From an uncultured delta proteobacterium (GTDB lineage: Bacteria > Myxococcota_A > Polyangia > Polyangiales > B10-G4), in NCBI GenBank assembly GCA_963727445.1, contig CAVSGI010000006.1, positions 512,001 through 576,000 of the forward strand: 64,000 bases of DNA. Reading direction: 5' to 3'. Positions within the stretch are counted from its first letter, which is position 1; every line of letters begins with the position of its first letter. Made by a program: the position numbers and the translations under genes. Below are positions 1-13,200 of this stretch, in pieces. The notes below the pieces were generated by a model. The model made no database searches. It was not told the origin of the DNA and saw nothing but the letters and a program-made list of their open reading frames with translations.

Positions 1-832
1 GATGCAGGATGTAGACGCCGAGCATCAGGGGCGTCAGGTGCTTGGTGAGCCGGTCGGTCTTGTTGGGAAGCCACAGGACGGCCACCAGCAGGCCCACACC
101 GCCGACGTAGCGAAGCACGAAGGGCGAGATGTTCGGGTCGGCGAGCACCAACAGTCCCACCAGCACGCCGAAGAGGGCGTAGCCCGCGGTGAGCAGCACG
201 CGAAGTCGTCCGAGATCGCTGCGCTCGGTGGACAGACCGCGGCCGAGGGCGTAGCCGATGCCGACGGCGGGAAGGGTGAAGCACCACTGATCGAAGGGGT
301 AGCCGAGCTCGACGTGGGGGGCGACGGTGAGGAGGCCGACGCCGATCACCAACGCCGGGATCGCCGACGCCATGATGGGAAGGCGCTGGGTCGCGCGCTG
401 CAGGAGGTGCGCGCCGAAGGCGGCGGCGACGATGGCGGGCAGGAACCACAGGTGGATGCGCGGCCCGTAGAAGAGCATCTGCCACTTCGCCCAGCCGAAG
501 GGCGCCTGGCCCATGGTCATCGCGAAGTAGGCGCGGATGAGGACGAAGGTGATGGCCCAGAAGGCCCAGGGCACGAGGATGCGCTGGGCGCGACGGCGGA
601 AGAAGACGCCGGAGGGCGGGGGCTCGGCCTTGCTGACGGCGAGGGCCACCGAGACCATCAGGAAGAGGGGCAGGCCGAAGCCCATCAGGGCGTGATTGCC
701 CGTCAGGTGCAGGCCGACGATGTCGAGTGCCGCGAAGACGCGGAGTCGGTCCCAGTTCTGCAGGTGGATCGCCCGCTCGCCGGTGGCGACCGTCGTCTTC
801 GTTCCGAAGTCGAGCGCCGCGGCGCGCGACAC
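1..832 (-). CDS. Acyltransferase-3 (OafA-like) membrane acyltransferase; 3' end runs off the window
   Basis: Not in the ORF track. Manual minus-strand translation gives 'WDRLRVFAALDIVGLH', 'RRAQRILVPWAFW', 'HLWFL' and several TM stretches. Start is GTG 832 or 868. The + ORF 2..1165 is its shadow. Confidence 0.75.
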   Translation of the reverse strand, partial: MSRAAALDFGTKTTVATGERAIHLQNWDRLRVFAALDIVGLHLTGNHALMGFGLPLFLMVSVALAVSKAEPPPSGVFFRRRAQRILVPWAFWAITFVLIRAYFAMTMGQAPFGWAKWQMLFYGPRIHLWFLPAIVAAAFGAHLLQRATQRLPIMASAIPALVIGVGLLTVAPHVELGYPFDQWCFTLPAVGIGYALGRGLSTERSDLGRLRVLLTAGYALFGVLVGLLVLADPNISPFVLRYVGGVGLLVAVLWLPNKTDRLTKHLTPLMLGVYILH

Positions 833-906
833 GGCGCGGGGGAGGGCGGAGCGAATTTCCGGGGGCACAGCGGGGCCACGTTAGCCCAGCTCGCGGCCGG
901 GAGCCA

Positions 907-2934
907 TCAGGCGGCCCTCAGGGGGCGCCGACTCCGGAGGATGGCCTCCAGAATTGCCAATATTCCCGCGAGGAGAAAGAGCCATGGTGCGATCGAGCGT
1001 CGGACCGTCGCCCCGCCCACCTCGGTGGAGAGGAGCCCTCGTTCGGCGGCCTCCTCGCTCGGCGGGGCGGGACGGAGATCGCTCTCCTCGGTGGGCGGCG
1101 CGACCACGAAGCCCGCTTCGACGTTGGGGCTGCGCACACCGTCGGCGACCGGGAGCACGCGGTAGGGACCGGGCGCCGCCGTCTGGTCGAACTCCCAGGC
1201 TTCCGCGTCGGGGCCTTCGTGACGCGCGCCCGCCGGATCGACCACCACGACCCGGTCTGCGCCGGAGGGGGTCGGGATGGTGACGGTGGTGCCTGGCGCG
1301 ACCGCGGATTGCGGCAGGCGGGCTTCGGGGCCGAGATGGCGCAGCAGCTCCACCATGAGCGGCAGGAATCCCGGCCGATAGGGCAGGTCGCTCCACGCGG
1401 TGTCCACCGGGAGGGCGAGCAGACCCACGCGCCCTTCACCGCGCTCCGCGAGGAGCAGGGCGTCCGAGCCATCCTCGAAGCGCAGGAGGGTCTCGCTCTG
1501 TGGCGCGGCCTCCACCACCAGTCGTCGCGTCGCCTGGACGCTCTCGAGGCCGCCGGTCGGGATGCGCTGGGACGCCCCCTCGGCGCGAAGGAGGGAGAGT
1601 GGATCGGGGAGCGCGCCCACCGCGCGGGGCCGTCCGGGCAGGAGCTCGCCGAAGCGCGCGCGATACTCCGCGGGGTCCATCCGGTCGCCGGCGGCGATCA
1701 ACAGCCCCCCGCCGCCTTCCACGAAATCGGCGAGACGCGCCGCGCCGTGGGCCGAGGGCGTGCGCACGTTCGCGAGCACCACCACGTCCCAGCCCGCGAG
1801 GTCGGTGGCTTCGGCGGTGTCGGGATCGACGACGCGATAAGAGAGGGGCTCCCCCTCGCTGGGCGACAGATCCAGGGCGCGCACCAGGTAGCCGACTTCG
1901 TCGCGGTCGCGGCTGTCGTGGGGGTCGCCGTCGACGATCAACACACGGAGCGCGGCGTTGGGGCGGAGCAGCACGGCGCGTTCGTCGTCGACGGAGATGG
2001 CGTCCTCGCCGTCGAGGGTGATGAGCGCGGTGGGCGTGCCCTCGTCCGGTGCAGGCGCGTGGAGGTTGACGCGCGCGACGCCCGAGGAGAGGTCTGCGGC
2101 ACCGTGGGAGACCTCTTCGCCGCCCTCCTTCAGGTGCACCACCGACGCACCGGCGGGGCCGTGGGCGCGGATCTCCACCGCGACCGAGACCTGGCCCGGG
2201 GTGGTGGGATCGGGGACGGCGTGGGCGGATGCGATGGCGCGGTTTTCCTCCACGCCGTCGAGGCGGCGGAGGTCCACTGCGATCTCGTCGCCTGGGAAAC
2301 GCACGTCCTCGAGTCGTGCGTGGGCCGCTCCGTCGGTGATGATGAGCAGGCGGCGCTTGTCGATCCGCGCGGCGGCGAGCTCGCGCACGGCACGCGCCAC
2401 GGCCGTCGGGAGATCGGTGCCGCGCGCGGATGCGGGCGCGCTTTCGAGGGACTCGACCGCGGCCGCGGCCTCGTCGAGCTCGGAGGTGCGGGGGACGAGC
2501 AGCCGCGGCGGGTGGCCAGCGAGGACCACCGAGACCTCGGAGCCGATGGGGAGCGAGGCGATGGCATCGGCCGCCATCTCACGGGCTTCGTCGGAGAGCA
2601 GCCCGTGCCCCTCCGCATCCTGCCGCTCCATGCTCATCGAGTCGTCGAGGACGATGGCGACCGACGCCAGGCGGCCGTCACCATAGGCGAGCTGCACGGT
2701 GACGTAGGGGTCGGCGACGGCCACGGCGAGGGCGACGACCAGAAGGATGCGCGCGGCGAGAAGGAGCAGGTCCACCAGGTGCACCCGCTTCTGGCTGCGC
2801 GCCTGCGCGCGCTCGAGGAGCATCACTGTGGGAAGGGCGATCACCGGCAGGTCGCGGCGGCGCATCAGGTGGGCGGCGATGGGAGCGGACACGCCGAGAA
2901 GACCCAACAGGGCCAGAGGCAGCTCGAAGCCCAC
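907..2934 (-). CDS. BatA N-terminal double-TM + vWA domain membrane protein
   Basis: N-terminal 'PIAAHL...LLLLAARILL' BatA pattern, MIDAS 'DDSMSM', 'IITDG', C-terminal TM; lies downstream of MoxR/DUF58. Confidence 0.85.
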   Translation of the reverse strand: MGFELPLALLGLLGVSAPIAAHLMRRRDLPVIALPTVMLLERAQARSQKRVHLVDLLLLAARILLVVALAVAVADPYVTVQLAYGDGRLASVAIVLDDSMSMERQDAEGHGLLSDEAREMAADAIASLPIGSEVSVVLAGHPPRLLVPRTSELDEAAAAVESLESAPASARGTDLPTAVARAVRELAAARIDKRRLLIITDGAAHARLEDVRFPGDEIAVDLRRLDGVEENRAIASAHAVPDPTTPGQVSVAVEIRAHGPAGASVVHLKEGGEEVSHGAADLSSGVARVNLHAPAPDEGTPTALITLDGEDAISVDDERAVLLRPNAALRVLIVDGDPHDSRDRDEVGYLVRALDLSPSEGEPLSYRVVDPDTAEATDLAGWDVVVLANVRTPSAHGAARLADFVEGGGGLLIAAGDRMDPAEYRARFGELLPGRPRAVGALPDPLSLLRAEGASQRIPTGGLESVQATRRLVVEAAPQSETLLRFEDGSDALLLAERGEGRVGLLALPVDTAWSDLPYRPGFLPLMVELLRHLGPEARLPQSAVAPGTTVTIPTPSGADRVVVVDPAGARHEGPDAEAWEFDQTAAPGPYRVLPVADGVRSPNVEAGFVVAPPTEESDLRPAPPSEEAAERGLLSTEVGGATVRRSIAPWLFLLAGILAILEAILRSRRPLRAA

Positions 2935-2937
2935 GGC

Positions 2938-3840
2938 TCAGCGCGCTCCCCGCCGCCGGGAGCTGCTGAGGATGGCGCCGAGCTGATGCTCGGGACGTCC
3001 GTCGGTGCGCGCCAGCGCGTAGCGCGCACCGGCGGCGATGGCGCGCCCCCGGGCGGTCTCGATGAACTCGCTCATCTCGCGGCGATAGGCGCGGCGCACC
3101 GCGTCGGCGTCGGCGTCGATGGGCAGCTCGCCTTCGAGACCGACGAAACGCGTGGGGCCGTGAAAGGGGAAGTCGATCTCGTCGGGGTGCAGGACGTGAA
3201 AGACGATCACGTCGTGGCCGCGCGAGACCAGGTGGGCGATGGGCGCGAGCGCTTCGTCGCGGAGGTCGAGCAGGTCGCTGGCGATGGCGACCACGCCGCG
3301 CCTTCCCACGCGTTCGGCGACGGCGGTGAGGGCGCCGGCGAGGTCGGTGGGCGCGCCGCGCGCCGCGGGGGCCGACAGCGCCGCCATGAGCGTGTCGAGA
3401 TGTGCGGGGCGGGTGCGCGGCGGCACGAGCTCACCGAGCTCGTCGGTGATCGTTGCCGCACCGGTGGCGTCACCCTGTCGGATCAGGACGTAGGCGAGGG
3501 CGGCGAGGAGCGTCGCCGCGTGCGCCTGCTTCTCGACGCCGTCGGTGCCGGCGTAGCCCATGGAGCCGGAGCGATCGAGGACGAGCGTCGCGCGCAGCTG
3601 GGTCTCCTGCTCGAAGCGCTTCACCACGTCGCGGTCGGTGCGGGCGAAAGCGCGCCAGTCGAGCAGCCGTGGGTCGTCGCCCGGGCGATACTCGCGGTGC
3701 TCGATGAAGACCACCGAGGCGCCGCGATGCGGGCTGCGGTGGATGCCTGCGAGGAGACCGTCGACCGCTCGCCGCGCCGAGAACGTCAGGTTCTGGACGC
3801 GCTTGGCGACTTCCGGGTCGAGGGTTTTGTCCACAGGCAC
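2938..3840 (-). CDS. DUF58 family protein (MoxR-associated)
   Basis: 'G.HRS...G.S..F.EHREYRPGDDPRLLDWR', 'VKRFEQE', 'LDRSGSM'. Confidence 0.92.
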   Translation of the reverse strand: MPVDKTLDPEVAKRVQNLTFSARRAVDGLLAGIHRSPHRGASVVFIEHREYRPGDDPRLLDWRAFARTDRDVVKRFEQETQLRATLVLDRSGSMGYAGTDGVEKQAHAATLLAALAYVLIRQGDATGAATITDELGELVPPRTRPAHLDTLMAALSAPAARGAPTDLAGALTAVAERVGRRGVVAIASDLLDLRDEALAPIAHLVSRGHDVIVFHVLHPDEIDFPFHGPTRFVGLEGELPIDADADAVRRAYRREMSEFIETARGRAIAAGARYALARTDGRPEHQLGAILSSSRRRGAR

Positions 3841-3843
3841 TGA

Positions 3844-4893
<1,050 letters not shown>

Positions 4894-4969
4894 GGCTAGC
4901 AGGTTGTGGGCGGGTGTCGCGAGGTCGGTCTGTGTCGGCGCACGGCGCCTTCGGTGCTATCGTCTGGAT

Positions 4970-5654
4970 GTGCTTCGCTTGCTGATCGGGGCGGTCTTGC
5001 TCCTCGCCGGCTGCTACACGCCGCCGCCTACAGGGGATGGGGGCCCGGTCGGGGATGGGGGCATCGACGGCGCCGTCGACGCGACCCCGGATGGCCCTCC
5101 GGTGGACACCTATCGGCCACCCACCCATTACACCGAGGGCGTGGGCTACCCCTTCACCGACGATCCCCTGGTGCTCGACGACATCCACGTCACGAGCATC
5201 GACCCGTCGAGCATCCCGAACCGCGTCGCGAGCCCCTGTCAGGAACCCGAGTTGGTGACGGTCACCCGGATCATCGACGGCGACACGGTCTTCGTGAACG
5301 GACCGAGCATCGCCGACCGGGTCCGGCTCATCGGCATCAACGCGCCGGAGATCGCCCACCCCCCGATGCCCGCCGAGTGCTACGGCGACGAAGCGACCGT
5401 GTTCACGAGCGCGCTCCAGAGCCGCCAGGTGTGGCTCACCTTCGACGTGGAGTGCCGCGACATGTATGGCCGGCTCCTCGCGTACATCTGGGTTGGCGAC
5501 GGCCCGCAGGATCTGTGGTCGCGCCAGCTCGCCCACCGCGGCTACGCCCGCGCCTTCCCCTTCGATCCGAACACCGCCTACGCCGATTCTGATCGCATCC
5601 GACGAGAGCGCCGCCCAGGCCGCCGGCGCCGGCATGTGGGGCGCCTGCCGCTAG
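4970..5654 (+). CDS. Thermonuclease (SNase-like) lipoprotein; +1 frameshift at ~5588
   Basis: Lipobox 'LLAGC', 'IDGDT', 'VRLIGINAPE', 'DMYGRLLAY'. Removing one T at 5588 joins the expected C-terminus 'AQAAGAGMWGACR*'. Confidence 0.85.
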
Positions 5655-5664
5655 CTGGTCGTCA

Positions 5665-7215
5665 CTAGGGCCGCCCGAGGGTGCGGCAGGTGCGGGCCTC
5701 GCGGGCGTCCTCGTCGGCGCTGGCGAGGCCGCAGTGGGGCTCGGGGTCGAAGGGGTTGAGCCGGATGGCTTCCTCGAGCTCTTCGCGCGCGCGGGGGAGG
5801 TCGCCTTTGGCGAGGTAGGCCGAGCCGAGCAGGGAGCGGAGCGGCGCGTGCTCGGGGTAACGCTCGCGCAGCGGCTCGAGGGTGGCGATGGCGATCTCCG
5901 GCTGCCCTCCTTCGAGGGCGGCGCGTGCGAGGCGAGAGGCGACGATGGGATCGTCCGGCGCCCGTTCGTGCGCCTTTTGATACTCCACCGCGGCCGCGCG
6001 GGCGCGATGGTGGCTCCACAGGAGGTCGCCCAGGCGGAAGAAGCGACGGGCCTCGGCGTCCACCTCGCGCGCCTCGTCCGGCTCGCCCTCACCATGCCGA
6101 AATCGCATGCCGATCATCCGCGGCGCATCGCTGGGGCTCGGCGCGTGCCGCCTCCCCACTGCCGCGAGCCACCCCCGCTCGAGGCTGGCGAAGCTCTCCC
6201 CCGCGACGTCGGCCAGCGCGTCGCGCGCGTCCGCACCGTCCGCGATCTGCGCGATCGCCGCGCGCAGGCCCTCGTCGCCGAATCGCTCGTGGAAGAGCTC
6301 GAGGAAGGTCGCGACCTGCGCGAACGCCAGAGCAGCGTCCTCCTGCGAGTCCAAACGCGCGATCGACGGATGAAGGGCGTCGAAGGGCAGGAGCGTTCCG
6401 GCATCGTGGCGCCGCTTCAGGATCGCGTCGACCGCCGGCTCGATGTGCGCGCTCGGCTCCTCGCCACGCCAGGTGCGCTCGAGATACTTCGCGACGCCCT
6501 CCTGCAGCCAGACCGGCGCGTGGTCGCGCGCCGCGCGCGTGAGCACCAGGTGGACGTACTCGTGGGCGATGGTGTCCATCCACGGATAGCCGCGCAGGAG
6601 CGCCCGAGGCGAGGTGACCATCAACCGGTCCCACTTGCAGAGCGCGATCGTGCCCGTCCGCTCGATCTCCTCCTCGGTGAGCGACGAGACCGAGGCCAGG
6701 GACCGACTGGACGGATAGATCTCGAGGCGGACGGGGCCGGGTACACGCGTGCCGAGGATGCGCGTCAGCGCTTCGTCGGCGGCCGCCATCGCTTCGAGTG
6801 CGTACGGCGCGAGGATCGCGTCCTCGGAGGAGGAGCGCACGACGAAGCGGCCATCGTCCGAACGCGCCTCCACCATTCCGTCGGTGGCGGTCTTGGTGGA
6901 CGCCATCAGCTCCGCCATGTGACGTCGGTCGTCGTTGGGCTCGGCCGCAGCCGCGCGCTCGATCGCCGCGACCGCCTGCGCGTAGCGACCTTCGTAGAAG
7001 TGCAGATGTGCCTGCACCTCGAGGACGTCCGCGTCGTCCGGATAACGCCGCACGACCTCCTCGGCGAGACGAGCCGCTTCCTCGAGGCGCAGCTCCTGGA
7101 TCAGGCTCCACGCGCGGCGGGTCTTCTGGCCGTAGACGCCTGGCGGCATGGCGCGGGCGGGGAAGGCTGTGCCGATGGCGCAGAGGAGCGAGACGGAGAC
7201 GAGCGCGCGCTTCAT
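5665..7215 (-). CDS. Secreted TPR-repeat protein with peptidase MA-like (HExxH) domain
   Basis: Signal peptide, TPR-like helices at both ends, 'AHEYVH' and 'PVWLQEG'. Confidence 0.85.
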   Translation of the reverse strand: MKRALVSVSLLCAIGTAFPARAMPPGVYGQKTRRAWSLIQELRLEEAARLAEEVVRRYPDDADVLEVQAHLHFYEGRYAQAVAAIERAAAAEPNDDRRHMAELMASTKTATDGMVEARSDDGRFVVRSSSEDAILAPYALEAMAAADEALTRILGTRVPGPVRLEIYPSSRSLASVSSLTEEEIERTGTIALCKWDRLMVTSPRALLRGYPWMDTIAHEYVHLVLTRAARDHAPVWLQEGVAKYLERTWRGEEPSAHIEPAVDAILKRRHDAGTLLPFDALHPSIARLDSQEDAALAFAQVATFLELFHERFGDEGLRAAIAQIADGADARDALADVAGESFASLERGWLAAVGRRHAPSPSDAPRMIGMRFRHGEGEPDEAREVDAEARRFFRLGDLLWSHHRARAAAVEYQKAHERAPDDPIVASRLARAALEGGQPEIAIATLEPLRERYPEHAPLRSLLGSAYLAKGDLPRAREELEEAIRLNPFDPEPHCGLASADEDAREARTCRTLGRP

Positions 7216-10186
7216 CGGAGCAGCTCCTCGTAGTAGCGGCGCACGCTCTCGGAGTAGCCCTCGGGCGCGCCCTCGCGCATCGCGTCGAGGAGACGCCGGC
7301 GGAGATCGCTCGGGCCCTCGAACTCCTCGGCGCCGGGGATGCGCACCGCTTCGCGGAACTCGGGCGCGGTGCCTTCGCCGCTGCCGCCACCGCCGCCACC
7401 GCGCTGCTGCTCCTGCTGCTTCTCCAGCTCCTCACGGAGCTCGCTGAGCCGCCGCGCCGCTTCGTCCTGCGCCCGCGACGCCTCGATCGGGTCCTCGCCG
7501 CTCAGCGCGTCCCGCCCACGCTCCATCGCCTGGCGCGCTTCGCGCACACCGCGGGCGGCGTCGGGAGAGAGCGGCGCTCCGTCCGGCCCCTCGTCGAACT
7601 GCTGGGCGAGCCGGTCGGCCGCCTCCATCACGCGCCCCTGGCTGGCCCGATCGCTGCGCATCTGCCTCCGTCCGTGATCGTCGACGAAGTCCTCGATGTC
7701 GGGGATGGCGCGATCGAGATCCTGACGCAGGTCGCGGAGCTGCTCGACCGCGTGCTGGGCGCTCTCGGCCGCGTCCGAGGTCTGATTGTTGCGGCCGGGG
7801 AACATGAGCGCGGAGAGATCGAGGTCGCGGCTGATCCCGTCGAGGTCGAGGGACGCCTCCTCCGCCATCCTTCGCGCCTCTCCGAGGTCGCCCGTGGAGA
7901 GCGCGTCTTCGACGTCGGTCACGCGCTGGCGCGCCCGCTCGAGCGACTCCTCGTCTGCGAGCCCCCGCACGTCTCCCTCGATCCCGTCGAGGCTCTCGCG
8001 AATTGCGCGGGCGCTGCGCGCGAGTCGCGCGGTCTCGGCTCCGTCGCTGCCGCCCCGCCGGAGCGCCCGCTCGGCGGCGCTCCTCTGCACGTCGGCGCTC
8101 TGGCCGGCGAGGCGGCGCTGCTCCTCCTCGATCCCCGCGAGCGCGTCCATCGCCTCCGCCATCGCCCGCTCCCGCGGCCCGAAGCGCGACTCGGCGAAGC
8201 TCTCCATCCCGCTGCCGAGGAGCGCGGCGATCTGATCGATTCTGACGCTCGAGCGCGGCGAGCTGTGCTTCGGCGGCGTCGAGGTCGCCGCTCTGGATCG
8301 CTTCCTCGAGGCTCTGAAGCGCGTCTTCCGCTTCCGCTTCACCCAGCGCATCGGCGTTGACGAAGTCCGAGGGCACGTCGTCGGTCATGGCGGCGAGGCG
8401 CTCCGCCAGGTCGCGCATGCGCTGTTGCGCGCGATGGATCGCTCCCATCAGGCGCTCGCGCGCTTCGGGGGAGTTCGCGCGGCGGAGCTCGGCCAGGAGT
8501 GACACCATCTCGCGGCGCAGTGACTCGAGCTCACGGGTGATCGCCGCGGCGTCTTCGATGCGCGTGCGCGACAGGGTGTCGGCGAGCAGGATCGTGTCCG
8601 ACTCGAGCTCTTCGACGGCGCTGTCATCGATGGCCTGGCGCCGCGCGAAGGCCGCTGGCCGACGTCCGTGTGCCCGCGCTTCGCGGGTGGCGAGGCGCCG
8701 GAGCCGACGCCCCATCTCACCATAGAGCGAAGCGTCGCCCGAGCTCCCCGGCTGGGCGCGGAGCTCCATCGCGAGGTCCTCGAGCGCGATGATCAGCTCG
8801 TCGCCGCTCGTGCTGACGCGTTCGAATCGGGCCGCGACCTCGTTGCCTCGGCGGACGACCGGGGCCTCCAGACGATCCGCCAGCGCGTCGAGGGCGCGAT
8901 CGAGCACCTGGGAGAGCTCCGCGATGGCGGCGGCGCGCCGCGTCGCTTCCGACGCCACCGTGAGCACCCGGGTCTCGCTGCGCCCGACGTTCGGTCCCGA
9001 GACCTCGTCCCCGTCGCGCGCCTCGACCCACAGCCGCAGCACGTCGCCCGGGCCCGCGCCGAAGGCCGACGCCACGATGAGCTGCCCGCCGCGCGCTTCG
9101 TCGAGGGTGACGTCCTCCGCCTGGCGCAGCCGACGCCGCACCTCGCGTTCCGTCCGGTGTCTCGACCACGAGGTCCACGCTCCTGAGGCCGACGTCGTCG
9201 GTCGCTTCCCACGTCATGGGCACGTCCTCGTCGAGCTCGACGATGGCGTCCTCGGCCGGGTCGAGGAGCGCGACCCGCGGCGCCTCGTCGACGATCACCC
9301 GCACCGAGCGCGCCACGGGATCCTTGAGTCGCTCGCCCTCCTCGTCGTCGACCGAGAGGCTGAGGCTCCCGTCGTCGCGCACCACGAAGCGTCCGACGAG
9401 GGAGCCGTCGTCGCGCACGCCGAGCTGCACGGGGCTCTCGCCGATCTCGAGCACGCCGCCCGCGGCGGGCACGCGACTCTGCACCGTCAGCTCCACGCTC
9501 GTGCCCCGCGGGGCTTCGATGCGCGACACGTCGTGCAGGGTGGCGGGCGGCTCACCGAGGTAGCCGGGATAGACCAGGCGCGCGTCGACGTTGGCGACGA
9601 TGGCCGCGACGCGAACGCCGCGCTCGTCGGTCTCGCCGGGGTGGGTGAGGGCGAAGGCGCCCGCCGCCGAGCGCTCGGCCTGGGTCAAGAGCAGCGCGCC
9701 GAAGAGGAGCGCGACCGCGCCGAAGATCGCGGAGGGATGGCGTACCCAGCTCCACGGCACCACCCGCGAGATGGGGATCGCGCGAAGCTGGGACGCGACG
9801 CGCGCCCCATGTGCGGCGACGAGCTCGGGCGAGCGCTCGAGCGCGTGTGGGTCGGAGGCGAGCTCCACCGCGGAGCGGGCGGCGGAGGCGAGGAAGGGAC
9901 CGCGCGCGTCGCTCACGTCGTACAGGAGAGTGGCCGTCCGCGATCCACGGAGGCGGCGGACGCCCTGGAGCGACCAGAGGAGCGCGCCCACCCCCGCGGC
10001 GAGACAGACCCCCCAGCCCAGGATGGCCACCGGAAGGGAGACCACGGGCCCTACCACCAACGCCACCAGCCCGAAGGCGAGGGAGAACGCGCCAGCGAGG
10101 GCCACGAAGCCCCGGCCCCCATAGAGGAGGCCGGCGCGGAGGCGGAGCCGCCGGAGGTAGGCCTCGACGCTTTGGGGGGAGGACAC
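7212..10186 (-). CDS. DUF4175-like large membrane/coiled-coil protein, split by +1 frameshifts at ~9149 and ~8241
   Basis: Three ORF pieces join in frame after removing single bases. N-terminal TMs, 'ATDDVGL', 'VEARDGD', coiled coils and the typical C-terminus 'PEGYSESVRRYYEELLR'. ATGA overlap with the next gene. Confidence 0.78.
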
Positions 10187-10296
10187 GACGCCTCAAATGT
10201 AGAGCATCTTCGGGTCGATTGCCCTCGACCTATGGGCCCGATATATTCCGCGTCCCGCTGGGGCCCCGATAGGCCCGAGCAGACCGACTTTCTGCC

Positions 10297-13200
10297 ATGA
10301 GCTCCAAAAGAGACGGCCACTTCGAAAGCGCCGATCTCGCCCTCGCCGTGTACCTCGAAGAGGTCTGTGATGGGCGGGACGTCCTCTGGATCGGCGACCA
10401 CGCTGACGCCGCTGCCGACCGCCTGGGCCGGGTGGCGAGGAACGTGAGGGTTCAGCGTCGGGTCCCCGAGCTGGGCGACGAGAGCGTCGACGTGGTGGTG
10501 ATCCCGGACCTCGATCACGTGGGCCAGACGGAGCCCGACGCCGTGGCACGGCTCGCCCGCGCCCTCGGCCGGGATGGCGCGCTCGTCGCGGGCACCCGTG
10601 CGCGCGGCGGCGTCGGTTACGAAGGGCTCTTCGCGCTCCTCAGCCCGGAGTTCCGCAAGGTGCGCATGCTCGGACAGTCGAGCTTCGCGGGGTACACGCT
10701 CGTCGACTTCGATGCCTCGCCCGAGGATCAGGAAGCGCCCACGCTCGACGGATCCCTCGTCGAGTCCGACGAAGCCGAGCGCTACATCGCGCTCTGCGCT
10801 GACGAAGGCGCGGGCCTCGACGCCTACTCGGTGATCCGCGTGCCGCAGACCCGGCGTCGACGCCGCCGGAGCGCGCCGCCACCGCCCTCCGAGCCGGATC
10901 GCGCCGAGCTCGAAAAGGCGCACACGCGGAGCGAAGCGCTCGAGCGCGATCTCGCCGAGCGCACCACCGAGCTCGAAGGCCTGCGCGAGCGCCTCGACGA
11001 AGCCGCCGAAGCCCACGAGGAGCGCGTGCGCGATCTGGCGGCGCGCCTCGACGCCGAGCGGGATCGGGTGCAGGAGCTCGAGCGCGCGCTCTCCAAGGCC
11101 GCCGACGAAGCATCCGGGCGCGAAGAAGAGCCGGCCTTCGACTTCGATCCGCAGGGGGAGATCGCGCGCTTCGAGAGTCACCTCCACGGGACCGGGCTCG
11201 CTTTGGCCGAGGCGGAGCGCGAGCTCGAGCGGCGCGCCATCCTGGTGCGCGATTTGGTGGAGGAGCTGCGCGAAGCGCAGAACGGCAAGCCGCTCGTGTT
11301 CGCCCCGCAGGCCCAGCCGGTGGCCGCGGTCCCCGTCGCCGCGCCTGCGCCGGCCCCTCTGTCCGCCCCAGCCCCCGCGATCAGCGCCGAGGAGGAGAGG
11401 CGCGCGGTGACGCGCGCGCTCGAGGCCGAGGCGGCGCGCGCCGAAGCCCAGTTCACGGTGGACGAGCTCATGGGCGAGCTGGCGGCCTCCGTCGAGCAGA
11501 TCGAAGAGCTGCGCGCGCGGGAGGCGGCGCTCGTCGGACGCGTGCGCGGCCTCGAGGCGCGCTGGGCCGAGGCCGACGAGATCCACGAGCTCGCCGCGGC
11601 GAGGCACATGCTCACCGAGCACGACCTCGCGTCGGCGCGCGGCCGCATCCGCTCGCTCGAAGCGGAGCTCGGCGAGACCCGCGAGCAGCTCGAGCTCGAG
11701 ATGCTCAAGGCGCGGGGTCCGAGCGGGCAGCGCCAGGAAGAGACGCAGACGCCCGTGGAGACGCCCGAGTCCGGCGTTCGCGCGGCCGTCGGTCAGGACG
11801 ACGAGCTCGAAGCGCTGCGCGCGTCGGAGAAGCATCTCTCGGAGCGCGTCTCCGAGCTGAGCAACCAGCTGATGGCGGCCCAGGACCTCGCGGACGTGGC
11901 TTCGAAGGCGCCGGGCGACGCGGAGCTGCGCGAGCAGCTCGGGGCCGCACGGGAGCTCATCCGGAGCCTGACCGAGGAGCGCGACCACGCGCGCGCCGAG
12001 AACATCCGCCTGACGATGATGGTCGGCAGCCTCGAGGATCGCTTCGCCGGCGCGCGCCGGGGCTACGAGCTGCGCATCGCCGAGCTCGTGCACGACCTGT
12101 CGATGGCGGCGGAGGCCGGTCACGCGGCGGTGTCGGCTCCAGTCGACGAGGCGCGTATCGACGCGCTGCTCGGCGAGGTCGCCGGGCTCCGCGCACGCCT
12201 CGACGATCGCGAGGCCGCGCTCTCGGCGCTCTCCGCGCGCCCGCCCCAGGCCGCGACTCCGGCGACGAGCGAGGAGACCGACGCCCTTCGAGACGAGGCG
12301 GATCGGCTGCGCGCGCAGAACGCCGAGCTCAAGGATCGGGAGACCGACCTCACGGTGCGCCTCGCCGACGCCGAGGAGCTCTCCGAGCTCGAAGCGAACC
12401 GGGCGAACGACCTGGCCTCGACGGTCGCGGCGCGCGACGCGCTGGTCAACCGGCTCCAGCTCGACCTCGCCGACACGGAACGTCGGGGGCGCGAGCTCGA
12501 GGAGACCGCCGACCGTCATCGCGAGGAAGCGGAGCGGCTGCGCGAAGCGGTGGTGGACGCCTCCGAGCGCGTGGGAGAGGTCGACCACCTCTCGGCGCGT
12601 ATCGGCGAGCTCGAAGAGGCGCTGAAGGGCGCGGTGACCCGGGCCGAGACCCACGGCGGTCGCATGGACGCGGCCGAAGAGGTGCTGCGCGACGCGCGCG
12701 CCACGCTCGGTGAGCTCACCGAGCAGCTCGAAGAAGGCGGCGTGTCCTTCGGGCGCACGGCCATGGGCATCGACGCGCCCGACAGCGGCTGGAACGAGCC
12801 GGCGAGCGCCGGTCCAGGGCGCAGTCAGGAGGTCGCGCGACTCGAAGCGCGCCTGCAGACGATGGAGCGCGAGGCCGAGGATTGGGAGACGCTGCTCCGT
12901 TCGCTGACGGCGCAGCTCGAGGAGCGCGACGAGCGGCTGCGCAGCGGCGAGCGAGGCACCCCCGCCGACCGTGAGCTCCGTCAGAGCATGGTCGAGCTCC
13001 AGGAGCGGGCGGCCAAGCTCTCCGAGAGCCTGGCCAACGAGCGGCGTGCGCGCCGCGAGGCGGAGGCCACCGCCTCGGGCAAGCGGAGCGAAGAGCTGGA
13101 GAAGCTCCACGACGCGCTCGGGGATTGGGACGCCGAGCTCCTGGTGTTGCGGGGGCAGGTCTCGAGCGCGGAGCGGGAGCTCAAGAGCTTCCGCGAAGCC

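Noticed and set aside
7212..10186. Programmed ribosomal frameshifting or true pseudogenes at the split genes
   Set aside because: No slippery heptamers are present. All are single extra bases, mostly in one motif, across unrelated genes with otherwise intact motifs. Sequencing error is the simpler explanation.
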